From Nitratidesulfovibrio vulgaris str. Hildenborough (lineage in GTDB: Bacteria > Desulfobacterota > Desulfovibrionia > Desulfovibrionales > Desulfovibrionaceae), in contig NC_002937.3 of NCBI RefSeq assembly GCF_000195755.1, positions 660,001-692,000 of the forward strand: DNA of 32,000 nucleotides, given 5' to 3'. A model generated the notes under the pieces. The model was not told the origin of the DNA. It did not search any database and saw nothing but the letters and a program-made list of their open reading frames with translations. Each line of letters opens with the position of its first letter. The stretch's first letter is position 1. Of this stretch, positions 1 through 9,037 are shown one piece after another. The position numbers and the translations under genes were made by a program.

Positions 1-1
1 G

Positions 2-1264
2 GGAGCCTATGAAGTCATGGGCCCTGCCATGCTCAAGGCGGGAGACCTGTTCGACGGCGCACTGGCGACGCACGGGCCCGCCATCGCGGCATCGGCACTG
101 GCCGTGCGCGAGTCGTATCTGCAGGAACAGAACGCCCTCGGGCCCAAGGTGCAGGCTGCCAACGACATGGCACGCATGGTCGTGGGCGTCCTCGTCGTCG
201 TGGCCTTGCTGGTGGGCATCGGCACTGCATGGTTCCTCATCCGTTCGGTGCTGGCGCAGTTGGGGGCCGACCCTGCTGAACTTGCCGGAGTGGCCCGCCG
301 CATCGCCGATGGCGACCTCACGGTGCCGTTCGCGGGTGAGCAGCAACGAGGGGTCTACGCCGACATGAAGCTCATGGCGGGCAACCTCGCCTCGGTCATC
401 GGCGAAGTGCGTGGAGGTGCAGAGAACGTCGCCGCAGGTAGCGAACAGCTGTCCGCCTCGGCGGAGAGTCTCTCGCAGGGGGCAACGGAACAGGCGGCCT
501 CCATCGAGGAGATATCGGCCTCCATGGAAGAGATGACGGCCAACATCCGCCAGAACATGGAGAACGCCCGCCAGACCGAGACCATCGCCGTGCAGGCTGC
601 CGTGGACGCCGAGTCGGGCGGCAAGGCCGTGACCGAGACGGTGGTGGCCATGCGCGACATCGCCGACAAGATATCCATCATCGAGGAGATTGCCCGTCAG
701 ACCAACCTGCTGGCCCTCAACGCCGCCATCGAGGCTGCGCGTGCCGGTGAGCACGGCAAGGGCTTTGCCGTTGTCGCAGCCGAAGTCCGCAAGCTGGCGG
801 AACGCAGCGGTGCTGCCGCTGCCGAGATAAGCGACCTTTCGGCTTCCAGTACCGCCGTTGCCGAACGCGCGGGCGAGATGCTCACCAAGATGGTGCCCGG
901 CATCCGTCGCACGGCCGAACTTGTGCAGGAGATTGCCGCAGCCAGCAACGAGCAGAACGCCGGGGCCGAACAGGTGAACAAGGCCATCGCCCAGCTTGAT
1001 CAGGTCATCCAGCAGAATGCTTCGGCGTCGGAGGAGATGGCTTCGACATCAGAGGAACTCTCCAGTCAGGCCGAGCAGCTGCAAGTGAGTGTGGGCCGTT
1101 TCAAGGTCTCCGATACGGATGCCCCGGCACGGCGCAGACCCGCTCCGGCACGCTCGGGGGCGGTCGCCCACCAGCCGGCCAGACCTGCGTCGGGGCGAAA
1201 GGGCGCAGGCGCTGTTTCGCTCGACCTTGACGGGGATGACGACAGTGATTTCGAACGGTACTGA
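2..1264 (+). CDS. Methyl-accepting chemotaxis protein (5' end lies upstream of the window)
   Basis: The frame is open from base 2, with no stop before the listed ATG at 17. It has a TM helix [22 protein letters not shown], a HAMP-like linker, and the canonical MCP signalling core [43 protein letters not shown] at 1262-1264; cheW follows 45 nt downstream. Confidence 0.9.
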   Translation, partial: GAYEVMGPAMLKAGDLFDGALATHGPAIAASALAVRESYLQEQNALGPKVQAANDMARMVVGVLVVVALLVGIGTAWFLIRSVLAQLGADPAELAGVARRIADGDLTVPFAGEQQRGVYADMKLMAGNLASVIGEVRGGAENVAAGSEQLSASAESLSQGATEQAASIEEISASMEEMTANIRQNMENARQTETIAVQAAVDAESGGKAVTETVVAMRDIADKISIIEEIARQTNLLALNAAIEAARAGEHGKGFAVVAAEVRKLAERSGAAAAEISDLSASSTAVAERAGEMLTKMVPGIRRTAELVQEIAAASNEQNAGAEQVNKAIAQLDQVIQQNASASEEMASTSEELSSQAEQLQVSVGRFKVSDTDAPARRRPAPARSGAVAHQPARPASGRKGAGAVSLDLDGDDDSDFERY

Positions 1265-1309
1265 ACGTAGCGGCGGCCCGCAGGACGGGGCGCTCTTTCG
1301 GGGGAAACC

Positions 1310-1831
1310 ATGAGCGAGACGGGTCAGTATCTCACCTTCACCCTTGGGGGAGAGGTCTTCGCCCTCGATATAGGCACGGTGCGCGAAGTGCTCGAACTCA
1401 CCACCGTGACGCGCATACCACGTACACCGGAGTTCATGCGCGGGGTCATCAACCTGCGAGGCCGGGCCGTGCCGGTGCTGGAGTTGCGCCGCAAGTTCCA
1501 GATGCCCGTGGCTGCCGACACGGTGAACACGTGCATCATCATCGTCGAGGCACTTCTTGACGACGAACCCGCCATCATCGGTGCGCTGGTCGATTCCGTG
1601 CGCGAGGTCGTCGAGATTCCGGCGACGTCCATCGAGGCGGCACCGCGCCTCGGCACGGCAATCCGGCAGGACTTCATCAGGGGCATGGGGCGGCAGCATG
1701 AGGGGTTTGTCATCATCCTCGACGGCAACCGCATCTTCTCGGTCGATGAACTCACGGCAGCCGGAGAGGCCGCCGTACTCGACGCCGCACCGTCTTCGTC
1801 CGCGATGCCGGTGGAGGTGCAGACCGGGTGA
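1310..1831 (+). CDS. cheW: Chemotaxis coupling protein CheW
   Basis: 173 aa with a single CheW-like domain (YLTFTLGGEVFALDIGTVREVLE...VINLRGRAVPVLELRRKF). There is a purine-rich stretch upstream of the ATG, and it sits directly after an MCP gene. Confidence 0.9.
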   Translation: MSETGQYLTFTLGGEVFALDIGTVREVLELTTVTRIPRTPEFMRGVINLRGRAVPVLELRRKFQMPVAADTVNTCIIIVEALLDDEPAIIGALVDSVREVVEIPATSIEAAPRLGTAIRQDFIRGMGRQHEGFVIILDGNRIFSVDELTAAGEAAVLDAAPSSSAMPVEVQTG

Positions 1832-2128
1832 CGGAGATGCCTGCCGGTTCACGGGGTGGTCCGACGGGCTTCGTCGAGTCGCGTCCGGCCCCGGCGTGAC
1901 CCTGCAGACACCTGCAGATGCCTGCGGATGCCGGGGAGACTTCAGCCTGCAGGATTGCCGGAGTATGGCCCGGGACACCATGCAAGGCAGGTGCACAGGT
2001 AAGATGCCCCTTGAGGCGTCTCCGGATGTTGGGGCGTATGGCGCATGTACCGGCTGGGGCGGCATGACGCGCAGGTGACCTCTGCACTCCGCAGGGCACT
2101 CGCCGCAGACACATGGCAGACGAGAAAC

Positions 2129-2162
2129 GGCGGGAACAGCAGCCTTGGCTGATGTTCCCGCC
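2129..2162 (-). terminator. Hairpin downstream of argO (read on the minus strand)
   Basis: 10-bp stem GGCGGGAACA (2129-2138) / TGTTCCCGCC (2153-2162), about 30 nt past the argO stop. On the minus strand it is followed by GTTTCTCGT, a weak U tract. Confidence 0.45.
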
Positions 2163-2190
2163 GTATTCCGTTTCCGGTGCAGGGGGGGGG

Positions 2191-2811
2191 CTAACTGCCC
2201 AGCACGGCCTGTCGTACGAGACCCGCCGCGATACCCCACACCATGAGGCAGACGAGGCCATCGAGTACGCGCCATGCCGAGGCGTTGCGAAAGACCGGCG
2301 CCATGGCCCGCCCGCCGAGGCTCAACGTGCAGAACCACAGGATGGATGCGGTGACGGCACCCGCACCGAAGAGATAGCGCCCGTCACCCTCGAATGTGGT
2401 GCTGATGCCGCCCAGAAGGACGACGGTGTCGAGGTATGCATGGGGGTTGAGCAGCGAGACGGCCAGCGCGCTGACGACTGCGGCCCTCAACGGCAGACTG
2501 CGTTCCTCGTGGGCGTCGAGTGAACCGCCGCGCAAGGCCGAACGGAAGGCGTTGAAGCCGAACCAGAGAAGAAATGCCGCCCCGCCCCATGTGGCGATGG
2601 CCCGCAGCAGCGGGTTGGCGGTGAACACCGCCCCCATGCCCAGTACGCCGATGGATATGAGCAGGCAGTCGCAGACGATGCAGATGGCGGCGACCGACAT
2701 GTGGTGGTTGCGCCGGATGCTCTGGGAGAGGACGAAGGCGTTCTGTGCGCCTATGGCCATGATGAGGCTCGCTCCCATGCCGAGCCCTTGCAGGTAGGGT
2801 GATATGTACAT
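2191..2811 (-). CDS. argO: LysE/ArgO-family basic amino-acid exporter
   Basis: 206 aa multi-TM protein. The N-terminus YLQGLGMGASLIMAIGAQNAFVLSQSIRR and the LNPHAYLDTVVLLG segment align with E. coli ArgO as I remember it. GGAGG lies 8 nt upstream of the ATG. It is divergent from an ArgP-like LysR regulator. Confidence 0.85.
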   Translation of the reverse strand: MYISPYLQGLGMGASLIMAIGAQNAFVLSQSIRRNHHMSVAAICIVCDCLLISIGVLGMGAVFTANPLLRAIATWGGAAFLLWFGFNAFRSALRGGSLDAHEERSLPLRAAVVSALAVSLLNPHAYLDTVVLLGGISTTFEGDGRYLFGAGAVTASILWFCTLSLGGRAMAPVFRNASAWRVLDGLVCLMVWGIAAGLVRQAVLGS

Positions 2812-2902
2812 CGCAGGTTCCTCCGTGGTGTGCCCCTGTGTATGCTGCCCTTGAAGATAAGTGAAATTAATGTTTGAACGATGTCGTTAGTGTTGCTAAT
2901 GA

Positions 2903-3811
2903 GTGTCCATGTACGATTACCGACAGGTCGAAGCCGTGGCGGCGGTGGTGCTGGAAGGCAGTTTCGAGAAGGCGGCGGCACGGCTGCACATCACGCAATC
3001 GGCGGTCTCACAGCGGGTCAAGGCCCTCGAGGACTCCTTGGGGCGGATGCTGGTGGTGCGCGCCAGCCCTGTGCGGGCCACGGATGAGGGGCAGCGCATC
3101 GTCGAGCACTACCTGAAGGTGGGGCAGCTTGAGGCGGACCTCGGGGCCTCGCTGGTGACGGACAGGCCGGCGGCATGGACGACCCTGCCCGTAGCCATCA
3201 ATGCCGACTCGCTGGCCACGTGGTTCCTTGATGCCGTGGGGCCGTTGCTGCGGCGCGAGAGGGTGCTTCTCGACATCGTGACCGAAGACCAGGAGCATAC
3301 CTACAGGTTGCTGCGCGAGGGACGTGTGGCGGCGTGCATCACCACGCGTGCCGACCCCGTACAGGGATGGCGTAGTCTTGCGCTGGGCGATATGCCATCC
3401 CTCTGTCTGGCCACGCCGGAGTTCGCCGCCCGCTGGTTTTCCGAGGGGCTGACGCCTGCTGCGGTGCGCGAGGCACCGGCGGTGCTCTACAATCGCAAAG
3501 ACTCTCTCCACCACCGGTTCCTTTCCGACCTGTTCGAGGAAGAGGTCGATTTCCCTGCCCACTATGTGCCGTCGTCCGAGCGTTTCGTGGACGTCCTTGC
3601 CGGAGGGTTCGCCTACGGTATCGTCCCTGCGTTGCAGGCTGAACGTCACCTTGCCGACGGCGTGCTGTGCGACCTCGCACCGGGGCGTGCCGTCTCGGTT
3701 CACCTGTACTGGCATTGCTGGAGCCTCACGACGCGCTTCGTGGAGGAACTGACCGAGAATGTGGTGAGCCACGCCCGGGCGGTCCTCGGCTGGCGTGTGC
3801 CTGCCCGGTGA
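2903..3811 (+). CDS. argP: LysR-family regulator, ArgP/LysG-like
   Basis: HTH segment FEKAAARLHITQSAVSQRVKALE, INADSLATWFL, and C-terminal LYWHCW resemble ArgP/IciA. The start is either GTG 2903 or ATG 2909. It is divergent from the exporter gene. Confidence 0.85.
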   Translation: MSMYDYRQVEAVAAVVLEGSFEKAAARLHITQSAVSQRVKALEDSLGRMLVVRASPVRATDEGQRIVEHYLKVGQLEADLGASLVTDRPAAWTTLPVAINADSLATWFLDAVGPLLRRERVLLDIVTEDQEHTYRLLREGRVAACITTRADPVQGWRSLALGDMPSLCLATPEFAARWFSEGLTPAAVREAPAVLYNRKDSLHHRFLSDLFEEEVDFPAHYVPSSERFVDVLAGGFAYGIVPALQAERHLADGVLCDLAPGRAVSVHLYWHCWSLTTRFVEELTENVVSHARAVLGWRVPAR

Positions 3812-3964
3812 AGGTTCCCGAAGCGCTGTTGACGGGGGGCCCCCGGCATTCTGCCTGCAGGGGGTTGCAAAGGCGCAACCTCGCCATATGGTATGGTTTG
3901 GAGTACCCTATGCAGCAGTGTGCCGGACGATTTCCGGCCGCACCTGACAAACAGGAGAAAAACC

Positions 3965-4312
3965 ATGCACTACGACCTTCTCGTCCATGTGGACAGCGAC
4001 GACGCGGCTGTCCTCGGCCTTGCCCTTGCCAACATCGTCAACTATCGCGCAGCATTGCCGCAGGATCAGTTCCATGTGGTGCTGGTGGCAAACGGCCCTG
4101 CCGTGAAACAGTTCGTCCTTCAGGAACAGACGCACGCGCCCGTCATCGCAGACCTGCATGCCGCAGGGGTGTCGTTCCGCATGTGCAATAACGCCCTCAC
4201 CAAGTTCGGCATCGCCCCCGAGACGTTGCAGACGGCCTGCGAGGTCGTGCCCGCAGGGGTGGTGGAGGTCGTCGACCTGCAGCGCAAGGGCTATGCCTAC
4301 ATAAAGCCCTAG
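3965..4312 (+). CDS. DsrE/DsrF-like family small protein (COG1416-like)
   Basis: 115 aa from ATG 3965, preceded by AGGAG (caggagaaaaaccATG). MHYDLLVHVDSDD...VANGPAVKQF...MCNNALTKFGI...GYAYIKP matches the DsrE-like fold family from memory. The listed ORF start at 3893 has no RBS. Confidence 0.6.
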   Translation: MHYDLLVHVDSDDAAVLGLALANIVNYRAALPQDQFHVVLVANGPAVKQFVLQEQTHAPVIADLHAAGVSFRMCNNALTKFGIAPETLQTACEVVPAGVVEVVDLQRKGYAYIKP

Positions 4313-4471
4313 GCCGGGGGGCGCTGAAGCGCCTTTACAAGGTGCGGAACAGGCAGTAGCTAGTGTTCGCCTGCGATCGTTGGCAGTGGCACCGCACAGT
4401 GCCGCTGCCGACCATCCGCATGGGGCCGTACCCCGCCTGCCACAGGCATTCAGGGTGCAACGGAGATGTGC

Positions 4472-5245
4472 ATGACCATTCGCGCACTTGTCGTCGACGA
4501 CGAACGCCCGGCCCGAGACGAACTCGTCTACCTGCTTTCGGCGCATGCCGATGTGGAGACGATGGAAGCCGCATCGGCAGGCGAGGCGTTGTCGCTCATT
4601 GCCAGCCATCATCCCGACCTCGTGTTCCAGGACATCGAGATGCCGGGGCGGGGCGGCTTCGACGTGTTACAGGCCGCGTCGCTGATGACGAACCCGCCTG
4701 TGTTCGTCTTCGTCACCGCCTTCGACCAGCACGCCATACGCGCCTTCGACGAGAATGCGGCGGATTATCTCCTGAAGCCCGTGGCCCCCGAACGTCTCGC
4801 CCGCTGTCTCGAACGTGTGCGCCAGCGTCTCGCCCCCGATGGCGGTAGCACGCAGGTCGAGGACATGATGGACAGGCTGCTGGCGCGCATAGGGCGCGAG
4901 CGTCCGCTACCGCGAATCGCCGTGGAACAGGGCGGGCGCATCCACCTTGTGCCGACGCCGGAGGTCGTGCTCATCGAGGCGGAGGAGAAGCGCATCGCCG
5001 TCGTGACCGAGGCTGGTCGTTTCACCTGCCACGGTGCCCAGAGTCTTGCGCGTATCGAAGACCGTCTTGCCGGTCAGCCCTTCTTCAGGGCCAATCGGGC
5101 CGTGCTGGTCAATCTTGAGCGGGTTGCCGAGTTCTCGCCGTGGTATAACGGCAAATACCATCTGGTCATGAACGACAGCGAGCGCACCGGCGTGACTGTC
5201 AGCCGCAACCGGGTGCGCGACTTCAAGCAGGCCCTCGGGGTCTGA
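4472..5245 (+). CDS. lytR: LytTR-family response regulator (LytR/BtsR-like)
   Basis: Receiver domain (IRALVVDDERPARDEL...LVFQDIEMPG...YLLKP) plus a C-terminal LytTR DNA-binding domain (FFRANRAVLVNLERV...YHLVM). ATG 4472 is 6 nt after GGAG, so it is preferred over ATG 4466. Confidence 0.9.
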   Translation: MTIRALVVDDERPARDELVYLLSAHADVETMEAASAGEALSLIASHHPDLVFQDIEMPGRGGFDVLQAASLMTNPPVFVFVTAFDQHAIRAFDENAADYLLKPVAPERLARCLERVRQRLAPDGGSTQVEDMMDRLLARIGRERPLPRIAVEQGGRIHLVPTPEVVLIEAEEKRIAVVTEAGRFTCHGAQSLARIEDRLAGQPFFRANRAVLVNLERVAEFSPWYNGKYHLVMNDSERTGVTVSRNRVRDFKQALGV

Positions 5246-5343
5246 GGCGCGTGCATCGTCAGATGTTCAGTTGAGGCGGAGATGGCACGGGCTTGACGCC
5301 CCCGCTTCGTGGTTTCATCGTTTTTTTCTTCGCAGGTGGCTTC

Positions 5344-7086
5344 ATGCAGCCGGTTCCGTATATCCCCCCCATGTTCATAACGCTCTCCGAGCGTTTCGGC
5401 CTGCTTCTGGCGGGTGGTTTCGCCATCATGACCCTCGCCCCGCTGGACAAACTCGGGCCGGGGCGCACACGTTCGTGGCGGGCCACGGCGTTGCTGGTGG
5501 TGCTGTTCTCGCTGTTCACCATCCTTGGCACCTACAACGGCAACATCGTGTTCCAGTCGTTCGCCAACCTGCGCGCCATGGGGGCGGTGACGGCGGGGCT
5601 TTTCGGCGGTCCGATGGTGGGCGCGCTGACCGGGCTCATCGCCGGAGGGCATCGCTACTTCATCGACGTGGGCGGGTTCAGTGCCGTGCCGTGCGGGCTC
5701 GCAACCTTTCTGGAGGGACTTGCCGCAGGGCTCTTCGCGTGGCGTTTTCCCTCCCGCAGCCTCGACTGGGGCACTGCCATGACCTTCGCCGCCGTGGGTG
5801 AGGCTGTGCACATGTGCCTTGTTCTCGGGCTGGCACGCCCCTATGCTCAAGCGGTCGACCTCGTGGAGGTCATCGGGCTGCCCATGATATTGCTCAATGG
5901 CGTGGGGGCGGCCATCTTCGTGCAGGCGTTGCGCATGCAGATGCACTTCCGGGACCTGCGCGACTCGTCGCAGGCGCGGCAGATACTCTCCATCGCCAAC
6001 CGCACGCTCCCGCACCTGCGCGCGGGCTTGAGCGCCGCCTCCGCACGGGCCACAGCCGAGATCATCCTCGACGAGACACGGGTGGCTGCCGTGGCTCTCA
6101 CCAGCAACGACATGGTGATGGCGCACGTGGGTGCGGCCTCCGACCACCACAGGGCCGGGCATTCCGTGTGCACGCAGGCGACACGCCGGGTGGCCACGGA
6201 TGGCATTCCGCTCTTCGTGACGGGGCATGACGAAATAGGCTGCCAGCTTGAGGCATGCCCGCTGTGCAGTGCCATCATCGTGCCCCTGCGCAAGGGCGAT
6301 ACCATCCTCGGCTGTCTCAAACTCTACGGAACCAAGGACAGACCGCTCGACCAGACGCTGTTCGAACTGGCCAAGGGACTTGCCGACCTGTTCGCCACGC
6401 AGATCGAACTCGAAGACATCGGTATCAAGAACCAGTTGCTCGCCCGGGCGGAGATCCGCCGGTTACAGGCGCAGATCAACCCGCACTTTCTCTTCAATTC
6501 GCTGAACACGGTGGCCTCGTTCTGCCGGACGGCACCGGGACAGGCTCGCGAGCTCATTCTCGACCTTGCCCGCTACATGCGACGCAACCTCGATACCAGC
6601 CGTGAAGCCATCCATCTTGCCGAAGAGGTGGAGCAGATTCGCGCCTACCTCGTCATCGAGAAGGCCCGTTTCGGAGAGCGCATCCGCGCCGTCATCGACA
6701 TCGACCCCGAGACGGAACACTGCCTCGTTCCGCCCCTGCTCATTCAGCCGCTGGTGGAGAACAGTGTGCGTCACGGCATCCTCGGCAACGAGGAGGGGGG
6801 CGTTGTGCGCCTTGCCACGAGCATGGAAGACGGCCACGTGGTCGTGGTTGTCGAGGATGACGGCGCAGGTATGCCCGAGTCCACGCGGCAGGGTATCCTC
6901 AACGGTACGCCTGTCACGGCCCATGGCGAAGGCATCGGTGCGAGCAACTGCAACCAGCGTCTCGTGCAGTTGTACGGGCCCGCCTACGCCCTCTCCATCG
7001 ACAGCGCCCCCGGCATGGGAACGCGCATCACCTTCCGCGTTCCCGCCTCGACCGACGCCGAGGTGTTCGCCTCGGCAGCTGCCTGA
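5344..7086 (+). CDS. lytS: LytS/BtsS-type sensor histidine kinase (5TM-LYT, GAF, His_kinase, HATPase)
   Basis: The N-terminal membrane domain with ANLRAMGAVTAGLFGGPMVGALTGLIAGGHRY aligns with E. coli BtsS/YehU as I remember it. It has the QINPHFLFNSLN H-box of the LytS family and an ATPase domain. ATG 5344 is preceded by AGGTGG; the listed TTG 5293 is less likely. Confidence 0.9.
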   Translation: MQPVPYIPPMFITLSERFGLLLAGGFAIMTLAPLDKLGPGRTRSWRATALLVVLFSLFTILGTYNGNIVFQSFANLRAMGAVTAGLFGGPMVGALTGLIAGGHRYFIDVGGFSAVPCGLATFLEGLAAGLFAWRFPSRSLDWGTAMTFAAVGEAVHMCLVLGLARPYAQAVDLVEVIGLPMILLNGVGAAIFVQALRMQMHFRDLRDSSQARQILSIANRTLPHLRAGLSAASARATAEIILDETRVAAVALTSNDMVMAHVGAASDHHRAGHSVCTQATRRVATDGIPLFVTGHDEIGCQLEACPLCSAIIVPLRKGDTILGCLKLYGTKDRPLDQTLFELAKGLADLFATQIELEDIGIKNQLLARAEIRRLQAQINPHFLFNSLNTVASFCRTAPGQARELILDLARYMRRNLDTSREAIHLAEEVEQIRAYLVIEKARFGERIRAVIDIDPETEHCLVPPLLIQPLVENSVRHGILGNEEGGVVRLATSMEDGHVVVVVEDDGAGMPESTRQGILNGTPVTAHGEGIGASNCNQRLVQLYGPAYALSIDSAPGMGTRITFRVPASTDAEVFASAAA

Positions 7087-7089
7087 AGT

Positions 7090-7111
7090 GCTGCCCGCAG
7101 GGCAGCTTTTT
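7090..7111 (+). terminator. Rho-independent terminator after lytS
   Basis: GCTGCCC-GCA-GGGCAGC hairpin followed by TTTTT, 4 nt after the lytS stop. Confidence 0.75.
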
Positions 7112-7289
7112 GGGAGCATCCGTCCTGATGCATTTCGGCATGCGCCCGCAACGACTCACCCGGCAAAAGTGACGTTTCGGTCTTTTGCCGATGGTTGTGT
7201 TAACTGCAACTCATTAAGAAGGAGGTAACAAACAACAGCCACGGTGCGTCAGGGGAGACGGGCGACGCCGGGCACCAGAGGAGGGTGAC

Positions 7290-8711
7290 ATGCCATCAAT
7301 GATGTATTTCTTCTTGAGCGTCGCTGCGCTCATCGGCGGGTACATGGTCTACAGCCGTGTCGTCGAACGCATGTTCGGCGTCGACAACTGCAAGGCCACA
7401 CCAGCCTGCACCATGGCAGACGGCGTCGACTATGTGAAACTGCCTCCCAGCAAGATCTTTCTCATCCAGTTGCTGAACATCGCAGGCCTAGGCCCGGTGT
7501 TCGGCCCCATTCTCGGTGCGTTGTACGGGCCATGGGCGCTGGTCTGGATCGTACTCGGCTCCATCTTCGCGGGGGGCGTGCACGACTACTTCTCGGGGAT
7601 GCTGTCGGTGCGCTACGAGGGCAAGTCCGTGCCCGACATCGTGGGCTACAACCTCGGCAACGGCTTCAAGCAGTTCATGCGCTTCTTCTCGGTCGTGCTT
7701 CTGCTGCTGGTGGGCGTGGTCTTCGTCACCGGCCCCGCCAAGCTGCTCGCCAACCTGACCGACATGACGCTGATGACATGGGTCATCATCATCTTCGCCT
7801 ACTACTTCCTCGCCACGGTTCTGCCCATCGACCAGATCATCGGCCGTATCTACCCGCTCTTTGCGGTCATCCTCGTCATCATGGCCGTGGGTCTCACTGG
7901 GGCGATGATCGTGAAGGGCTACGAGTTCTATCCCTCTGCCCATTTCGTGAACCAGCATCCCACGGGGCTGCCCCTGTGGCCGCTGATGTTCATCACCATC
8001 GCCTGCGGCGCCATCTCGGGCTTCCACGCCACGCAGTCGCCCATGATGGCGCGCTGCGTGCCTGACGAGAACTGCGGTCGTCCCATCTTCTACGGTTCGA
8101 TGATCGCCGAAGGCGTCATCGCCCTCATCTGGGCGACGCTGGGCATGAGCTTCTACCCCACCCCCGAGGCGCTCAACGCCGCCATCGCCGCCGGTGGCCC
8201 CGGCAAGGTCGTCAATGACGTGTCCATGACGCTCATGGGCCCGGTGGGCGGCATCCTCGCCATCCTCGGCGTGGTCGTGTTGCCTGTCACCTCCGGCGAC
8301 ACGGCGTTCCGCTCGGCCCGCCTGACCATCGCCGACGTGCTGAACTTCTCGCAGAAGGGCAACGGTGCCCGTCTGATGATCGCACTGCCACTGTTCGTCA
8401 TCGGTGCGGTGCTGTCGCAGGTGAACTTCGACATCATCTGGCGCTACTTCGGCTGGGCCAACCAGACGCTGGCGACCATCGTACTGTGGGCGTCTGCGGC
8501 CTACCTCGTGCGTCGCGGCATGCTCCACTGGATTGCCAGCGTGCCCGCCACGTTCATGACGTGCGTGTGCGTGACGTACATCTGCTACGCCAAGATCGGC
8601 CTGAACATCCCGCTGGACATCTCCACGTGGATAGGCATCGCCGCCGCGGTGGGTTCGTTGGGCCTCTTCCTCGTGAAGCGTCCGGCGTTCGCGGCGAATC
8701 CCGTCGCCTAG
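7290..8711 (+). CDS. cstA: CstA-family transporter, copy 1 (carbon starvation protein A / putative pyruvate-peptide transporter)
   Basis: 473 aa polytopic membrane protein. Typical CstA N-terminal block FGPILGALYGPWALVWIVLGSIFAGGVHDY and ITIACGAISGFHATQSPMMAR. GAGGAGGG RBS 5 nt upstream. Confidence 0.9.
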   Translation: MPSMMYFFLSVAALIGGYMVYSRVVERMFGVDNCKATPACTMADGVDYVKLPPSKIFLIQLLNIAGLGPVFGPILGALYGPWALVWIVLGSIFAGGVHDYFSGMLSVRYEGKSVPDIVGYNLGNGFKQFMRFFSVVLLLLVGVVFVTGPAKLLANLTDMTLMTWVIIIFAYYFLATVLPIDQIIGRIYPLFAVILVIMAVGLTGAMIVKGYEFYPSAHFVNQHPTGLPLWPLMFITIACGAISGFHATQSPMMARCVPDENCGRPIFYGSMIAEGVIALIWATLGMSFYPTPEALNAAIAAGGPGKVVNDVSMTLMGPVGGILAILGVVVLPVTSGDTAFRSARLTIADVLNFSQKGNGARLMIALPLFVIGAVLSQVNFDIIWRYFGWANQTLATIVLWASAAYLVRRGMLHWIASVPATFMTCVCVTYICYAKIGLNIPLDISTWIGIAAAVGSLGLFLVKRPAFAANPVA

Positions 8712-8734
8712 ACGCTTCGCTATCCGTTCCGACA

Positions 8735-8768
8735 GGACGCCCCGCCTCGCCGCGGGGCGTCCTTTTTT
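8735..8768 (+). terminator. Rho-independent terminator after cstA copy 1
   Basis: GGACGCCCCGC (8735-8745) / GCGGGGCGTCC (8752-8762) stem followed by TTTTTT. Confidence 0.85.
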
Positions 8769-8895
8769 CCATGCAATCCCGCCTTGGCCTTCATCTCATG
8801 CGTCAGGTCCAACAGCGGCGAAGGGGTGTCTCCCCGCCCGACCTCTACCGGGGTATGCGCGATGTCGCTTGTTGCGTGATGCATTTCACCCCTAG

Positions 8896-8924
8896 GAAAC
8901 GACGCTTCATCCCGAAGAAACGAC
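8896..8924 (+). promoter_or_regulatory. Direct repeat GAAACGAC-N13-GAAACGAC, candidate LytTR-regulator site upstream of cstA copy 2
   Basis: Perfect 8-mers at 8896-8903 and 8917-8924, with 21-bp phasing. LytTR regulators are known to bind direct repeats separated by about 12-13 bp. The site lies about 115-140 nt upstream of ATG 9038. Confidence 0.4.
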
Positions 8925-9037
8925 ATCAGGGCCCTTGCGGGGTGTCACTGTGATGTTTTTTTCATTAAACAATATTTAATGAACGGGTGTCATGCGTGCA
9001 TTCTTTACCATTACGCATGGTTATGAAGGAGGGATTC

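Noticed and set aside
4380-4408. TGGCAGTGGCACCGCA with correct GG-N10-GC spacing, about 80 nt upstream of lytR.
   Set aside because: The match lies entirely within an 11-bp-stem hairpin (GGCAGTGGCAC-CGCACA-GTGCCGCTGCC, one G-U pair). The -12 region is CCGC rather than TTGC. It is more likely a structural element after the DsrE-like gene, with a chance promoter resemblance.
5074-6228. Very long antisense or alternative-frame ORFs throughout the window. Examples: 1049-2338(-), 5074-6228(-), 7488-8528(-), 9044-10276(-), 15639-16700(-), 16962-18026(+), 21511-22653(+), 24878-26008(+), 27793-29136(+).
   Set aside because: Each lies opposite to, or out of frame with, a gene that has clear family motifs. 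Their translations are Arg/Gly/His/Asp/Pro-rich low-complexity sequence with no recognisable domains. Long stop-free shadow frames are expected in GC-rich DNA.
8987-9037. N-terminal extensions offered by the ORF track. Examples: cstA2 from 8987, ldh from 10691, thioesterase from 11930, ahcY from 15111, ridA from 25908, DsrE-like from 3893, paralog B from 24112.
   Set aside because: In each case an internal ATG is preceded by a good Shine-Dalgarno sequence and starts at the conserved N-terminus of the family or paralog. The extensions are non-homologous and often begin at TTG or GTG without an RBS.
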